Positions 42,960 through 47,296 of a stretch of 47,296 nt of DNA are shown piece after piece. The notes beneath the pieces were generated by a model, which was given only the letters and a program-made list of their open reading frames with translations, ran no database searches and was not told where the DNA came from. Source of the stretch: a virus (lineage: Duplodnaviria > Caudoviricetes). The stretch is from positions 1-47,296 of the IMG/VR virus record IMGVR_UViG_3300021411_000010, one strand, 5' to 3'. How positions within the stretch are numbered: the first letter of the stretch is position 1; each line of letters opens with the position of its first letter. Both the position numbers and the translations under genes were made by a program.

Positions 42960-45512
42960 ATGCTTGAACCACACAAAGACAGTGATTTTGACGAAATTTG
43001 TGATCTATTAAAGACGGTTGCTGACCACTTTGATAAAGAAGATCATATGACGCGAGAGCGTCAGATTCGTCATTGGAGGAGACAAAAATTATATTGGAAC
43101 AACTTCTCCCAAATTTATTGGAGTGAATCAACAGGAGATTACAAAATATATAATAGAGAAATTAATTCTTCAGATACGGATCAAGATTATTATGATAAAC
43201 CTATTAACGTATATAAAGCGTTTTTAGAGACAATCATAGCCGCTCTGAGTATACAGATTCCTGCTATTAACTGTGTCCCAGATGATGCTGAGAATCCTCT
43301 TGACATAAGCACAGCTAAAGCAGGGGATAAAATTTCTGAATTAATTTATAAGCATAATGACGTAATGTTTTTGTGGCTTCATGCCCTTTACATTTATTGT
43401 ACCGAAGGATTAATTGGTTGTTATAATTATTCGAAAGAGGATAAGTCTTATGGCACATATGAGAAACCTAAATATAAAGATGAAGAAGTAGATTCTTATG
43501 TATGTCCACAATGTGGAGCTAGAATTCCAGATGAAATGTTTGATTCTCATGAAGAAGATGGAAAAGATCAATCAACAGGATTATGTTCTGAATGTTCTAT
43601 GTTTTTACCGGATCAAAATAAATGCACAATTCATGGATCTGAAGATCAAATAGTACCAGAGGGAACCTGTAACTTCTTTGAAGAAGGCACTCCAGGAAGT
43701 AATGGAGATACACCAAGAGGAGAAGTAACAGTACAACAATCAAATTATCAACCAAATGCACAAGGTAACATTTGCATAGAATGTGGTGCTTCAGTAAATT
43801 CTGATTTACAAAAAACTAAACTTAAAATTCCTCGTTTAGTTGGAACAACTAAAGAACCGAAGAGTCGTGTTTGCTTAGAAATTTATGGTGGATTATATAT
43901 TAAAGTAGCTAATTACGCTAAAAAACAAGCAGACACTCCTTATCTACATTTTAGTTATGAAACTCACTATGCCAACGCGATGGAATGTTATCCATATCTA
44001 AGAGAGAAAATTCCTCACGGTGGCTCTGGTTTTAGTGCAGGGGGAGTTAATGATCCTTATGAACAATATGGACGACTTAATACACAATATAGAGGTGAGT
44101 TCCCAGATGAAAATGTAACAGTTAAAAATTGTTGGCAAAGAGTTGCATCATTTAATATTTTAGAAGATGCTGATTATAAGAAACTAAAGAAAAAGTTTCC
44201 TAATGGTGTTAAATTTGTAACGGTAAATGATATTCCAGTTTATTACGAAGATGAATCTTTAGATGACCATTGGACTCTATCTCATAATCCAATGTCTGAT
44301 TATCTAAATCATGATCCTCTTGGAGAGTTAGTAACAAATGTTCAAGATATTATAAATGATTTAATTAGTTTAACTCTTCAAACTATTGAGCATGGAATAG
44401 AACAGACATGGGCTGATCCTGCTGTTGTTAACTTTAATGCACAACGTCAAATAGAAGCCATGCCTGGTACGATAACTCCTACTAAACCTGTTGCAGGCTC
44501 CCGTAATATTGCAGAAGCATTTTATACATCGAAAACGGCTGCATTAGCTCCTGAAGTAGTTAATTTCTATAGAATTATTCAAGAATTAGGTCAATTCGTT
44601 TCAGGTGCTCTTCCATCAATTTTTGGTGGAAATCAAGGAGCTGGTAGCTCACGAACGGCATCGGAATATGCAATGTCCAAAGGAATGGCATTGCAAAGGT
44701 TACAGACACCTTGGAAGATGTTAATTATTTGGTGGAAAACTATATTTGGTAAAGCTATTCCAATGTATATGAAAAATATGGTTGAAGATGAAAGAATTGT
44801 TGAGAAAAATGATATGGGTAAATTTGTAAATGTATTTATTAGAAGAGCTGAAATGGATGGACGTATTGGTTCTATAGAGTTAGAACCTGATGAGAAACTT
44901 CCAATAAGTGATGAGCAACAAGCAGATATTATTTTACAATTAATGAATTTGAATAATCAAGAAGTAACAGCCGCTCTGATGGACCCTGAAAATCTACCGT
45001 ATGTTAGTAAAATTATTAAAATTCCGGGATTCAAACTCCCTGGTGAAGAAGATAGACAAAAAATACATGAAGACATTGATGAACTTGTTAATAGCACTCC
45101 AATTCCTGTTGATCCTAAATCTGTTGAATTATATCAACAAGCAAAAGCGACTGGAAGTGCAGACGTACAAGAACCGCAAGAGCAGCCATCTATAGAAATT
45201 GATGCAGATGTAGTTAATCCTCAAATTGCGGCTACTATCTGTAAATCTTGGTTAATAGGCTCTGCAGGACGATTAGCTAAGAAAGAGAATCCTGATGGAT
45301 ATAAAAACGTTTTATTGTATATGAAAGGATATTTAAATATAATTCAACAACAGATACAAACTCAACAACTACATGATGATCAATTATCATTAGCTGGAGT
45401 AAAGGATAAACAAAAAACTTCAGATGTTCCTGCTGGAGCACCGCCTCCACCTAAGCCGAAACAATCTGGAAAAGTGAGTGGAGGCGGTAATGCACAGACT
45501 CCTATTGAATGA
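42960..45512 (+). CDS. Portal protein with a Cys-rich insertion
   Basis: 850 aa between terL and scaffold; PIN...ETIIAAL, QDIIND, SRTASEY...ALQRL helical portal pattern. Confidence 0.85.
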   Translation: MLEPHKDSDFDEICDLLKTVADHFDKEDHMTRERQIRHWRRQKLYWNNFSQIYWSESTGDYKIYNREINSSDTDQDYYDKPINVYKAFLETIIAALSIQIPAINCVPDDAENPLDISTAKAGDKISELIYKHNDVMFLWLHALYIYCTEGLIGCYNYSKEDKSYGTYEKPKYKDEEVDSYVCPQCGARIPDEMFDSHEEDGKDQSTGLCSECSMFLPDQNKCTIHGSEDQIVPEGTCNFFEEGTPGSNGDTPRGEVTVQQSNYQPNAQGNICIECGASVNSDLQKTKLKIPRLVGTTKEPKSRVCLEIYGGLYIKVANYAKKQADTPYLHFSYETHYANAMECYPYLREKIPHGGSGFSAGGVNDPYEQYGRLNTQYRGEFPDENVTVKNCWQRVASFNILEDADYKKLKKKFPNGVKFVTVNDIPVYYEDESLDDHWTLSHNPMSDYLNHDPLGELVTNVQDIINDLISLTLQTIEHGIEQTWADPAVVNFNAQRQIEAMPGTITPTKPVAGSRNIAEAFYTSKTAALAPEVVNFYRIIQELGQFVSGALPSIFGGNQGAGSSRTASEYAMSKGMALQRLQTPWKMLIIWWKTIFGKAIPMYMKNMVEDERIVEKNDMGKFVNVFIRRAEMDGRIGSIELEPDEKLPISDEQQADIILQLMNLNNQEVTAALMDPENLPYVSKIIKIPGFKLPGEEDRQKIHEDIDELVNSTPIPVDPKSVELYQQAKATGSADVQEPQEQPSIEIDADVVNPQIAATICKSWLIGSAGRLAKKENPDGYKNVLLYMKGYLNIIQQQIQTQQLHDDQLSLAGVKDKQKTSDVPAGAPPPPKPKQSGKVSGGGNAQTPIE

Positions 45513-46794
45513 ACCAATATTGTTGTATGCTCCACCAGAAGTTTTATCTCCTGAAGGATCTACAAAAATTCCGTCTCCGAAGACGGCTGATGATATTAAT
45601 GATTTGTTTAAAACTATTGATGATGAAAAAGTTGTTCCAGATAAGATTAAAGAGAAAGTTATATCAGAGGAAGATAAAGAAGATAAGGAAGTAAGAGAGA
45701 AGGAAGAAGATGATGAATTAGAACTTATTGAGCCTGAAGAAGATGATGAAGAAATTGAAAAATTAAATATTGAGGAACGAAATGAAGAAATAGAAACTCC
45801 TCCGCGTAAAAGAGAAATTCTAAAGAAATATCCTGACGTATTTAAAGATTTTCCTTTTTTAGAAAAAATGATGTATCGTGATAAACAAATTACTGAAATG
45901 TTTGGTTCCTTTGATGATGCTAAGGAAGTAGCTGAGAAATCTGAAACATTTAATAGTTTTGAATCCCAATTACTTAGTGGAAATACAGAAGAAATATTAA
46001 GATCAGTTAAGGAGACAGATGAGAAAGCTTTTAATATTATTATTGATGATTATCTTCCTACATTAGCTAAGGTTGATAAGGAAGCATATTTCCATGTAAT
46101 TGGAAATTTAAATAAAAGACTCATTATGGAAATGGTAGCAGAAGCTAACGATTTAGAAAATACTGATCCTGATAGAGCTGCTGATTTAAAACAAGCCGCT
46201 CTGATGGTTAACCAATATGTGTTTGGAAACACAAAATTTACTCCACCTACTACTCGTGTTCCGAAAAAAAGTCCTGATGAACAAAGTGAATCTGAGAAAG
46301 AAAGACTCTCTTGGGTTCAGGAAAGATTTGAATCTTCTCGTGATGATTTACAGACACGAGTTGATAATACATTAAAAGCTACTATATCTGACTATATTGA
46401 TCCAAAGAATGTTATGTCAGGTTATGTAAAAAAGAATGCTGTAGCAGACGCTATGAAGATTCTTACATCTGCTATAGCTTCTGATCCAAGTGTGAGTAAA
46501 AATCTTAATAGATTATGGAAATCTGCATTTGAATCTAAATTCTCACGAGATTCTTTGGGAAGGATACAATCATTTTATCTTTCCAAAGCAAAAGGGAATC
46601 TCAAAAATGCTATTCTCAAAGCTAGAGCAGAAGCTCTAAAAGATTTAGCTCCCAAAATAAGGGAAAAAGAAGTTGACGACGAAGAAACTCCTCGCAGACA
46701 GAGGAATATAACACCTGGCAGACCTTCCCAGCCACAAAATAAAAATGGGATGAAAAAGGGAGAATCTGTAACTGACTTTTTCATGCGTGACTAA
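45478..46794 (+). CDS. Putative capsid scaffolding protein
   Basis: Highly acidic N-terminus, helical body, directly upstream of the capsid gene. Confidence 0.7.
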   Translation: MEAVMHRLLLNEPILLYAPPEVLSPEGSTKIPSPKTADDINDLFKTIDDEKVVPDKIKEKVISEEDKEDKEVREKEEDDELELIEPEEDDEEIEKLNIEERNEEIETPPRKREILKKYPDVFKDFPFLEKMMYRDKQITEMFGSFDDAKEVAEKSETFNSFESQLLSGNTEEILRSVKETDEKAFNIIIDDYLPTLAKVDKEAYFHVIGNLNKRLIMEMVAEANDLENTDPDRAADLKQAALMVNQYVFGNTKFTPPTTRVPKKSPDEQSESEKERLSWVQERFESSRDDLQTRVDNTLKATISDYIDPKNVMSGYVKKNAVADAMKILTSAIASDPSVSKNLNRLWKSAFESKFSRDSLGRIQSFYLSKAKGNLKNAILKARAEALKDLAPKIREKEVDDEETPRRQRNITPGRPSQPQNKNGMKKGESVTDFFMRD

Positions 46795-46805
46795 GGAGAT
46801 AGCTT

Positions 46806-47296
46806 ATGCCAGGACCTGTAGTTGAATCAGTAGTAGCCGGTACAGAACTAGAAAAAGTTCTACCGAAAGTTACTACTGTATTCGAATCTGATGACACATT
46901 TTTAGGTAATATTAAAAAACGTGATGTAGAAGTAGTTAGCTATCGCGAAATGCGAGCACCTATGGAATTAAGACCAGGTGGTAGGTTTCAATATTTTAAT
47001 CCAGATGGTGGAGATATGGGACGAGGCGGCGGTCCTACTTGGGACAAAGCCGTTGTTAGACCTGTATTTCTATCAGAGAATATTGAATATACTAAATTAA
47101 CTCAATGGTCTACTGACGACCGTCGTAAATCAGTAATTAATGCCGTTAGGAGATTAACCGCAGGGGCTACGGTAGAAATTAAACGTCAATTAGATGCACA
47201 ATTACAAGGTACAGGTACTGGTCAAGTAGGAACTATTACAACTGCTACTACATCAGGTGGTGTTGATACTTATGTTATGGATGCTGAGTATGGAGC
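46806..47296 (+). CDS. Major capsid protein, 5' part (continues across the join to 901)
   Basis: AAGGAG SD, then MPGPVVESVVAGTELEKVLPKV..., open to the window end. Confidence 0.85.
   Translation, partial: MPGPVVESVVAGTELEKVLPKVTTVFESDDTFLGNIKKRDVEVVSYREMRAPMELRPGGRFQYFNPDGGDMGRGGGPTWDKAVVRPVFLSENIEYTKLTQWSTDDRRKSVINAVRRLTAGATVEIKRQLDAQLQGTGTGQVGTITTATTSGGVDTYVMDAEYG
47159..47296. repeat. Terminal overlap (copy 2)
   Basis: Matches 1-138 with one mismatch. Confidence 0.95.

Noticed and set aside
1606-46784. Numerous antisense or nested alternative-frame track ORFs (e.g. 1606..1923, 12477..12896, 14595..14975, 22595..22882, 35018..35266, 40396..40689, 46575..46784)
   Set aside because: They lie within longer motif-bearing genes and have no recognisable motifs, so they are treated as shadow ORFs.
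1-47296. Stop-codon reassignment
   Set aside because: Genes are full length and tightly packed under code 11, all three stops are used, and there is no suppressor tRNA.

Overview
The window is an apparently complete, circularly permuted dsDNA phage genome of about 47.16 kb (roughly 33% GC by eye). Bases 1-138 repeat 47159-47296 with one mismatch, and the join falls inside the major capsid gene. Two arms diverge from a structured non-coding control region at ~34.6-35.0 kb. The + arm (35.1 kb through the join to 17.57 kb) carries membrane/lysis-like genes, a beta-helix protein, terminase, portal, scaffold, capsid, a GT2 glycosyltransferase, a podovirus-type adaptor/nozzle/fibre set and three ejection-type proteins. 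The - arm (34.6 to 17.6 kb) carries an SNF2 helicase, a Cas4-like exonuclease, tRNA-Leu(UAA), a Sak4-like ATPase, an Acb2/Tad1-like protein, an SSB-like protein, a UDG-fused family A polymerase, a DUF3987-like ATPase and MazG. I recognised no integrase, repressor, RNA polymerase, primase or canonical endolysin. The most unusual signals are: (1) genome-wide ~6-7x enrichment of GCCG(C/T)T on both strands; (2) a compact, probably pseudoknotted intergenic RNA at 24829-24937; (3) a 1792-aa ejection-type protein with embedded GHKL ATPase, HExxH and GNAT-like domains; (4) a HiPIP-like 4-Cys module nested in a zinc ribbon inside the portal; (5) an in-frame Asn/Tyr tract built from nested palindromes; (6) a 16-nt repeat shared between the tRNA leader and a late gene; (7) a PolA with Gln at the steric-gate position. 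All family assignments come from motif recognition by eye, with no database searches.
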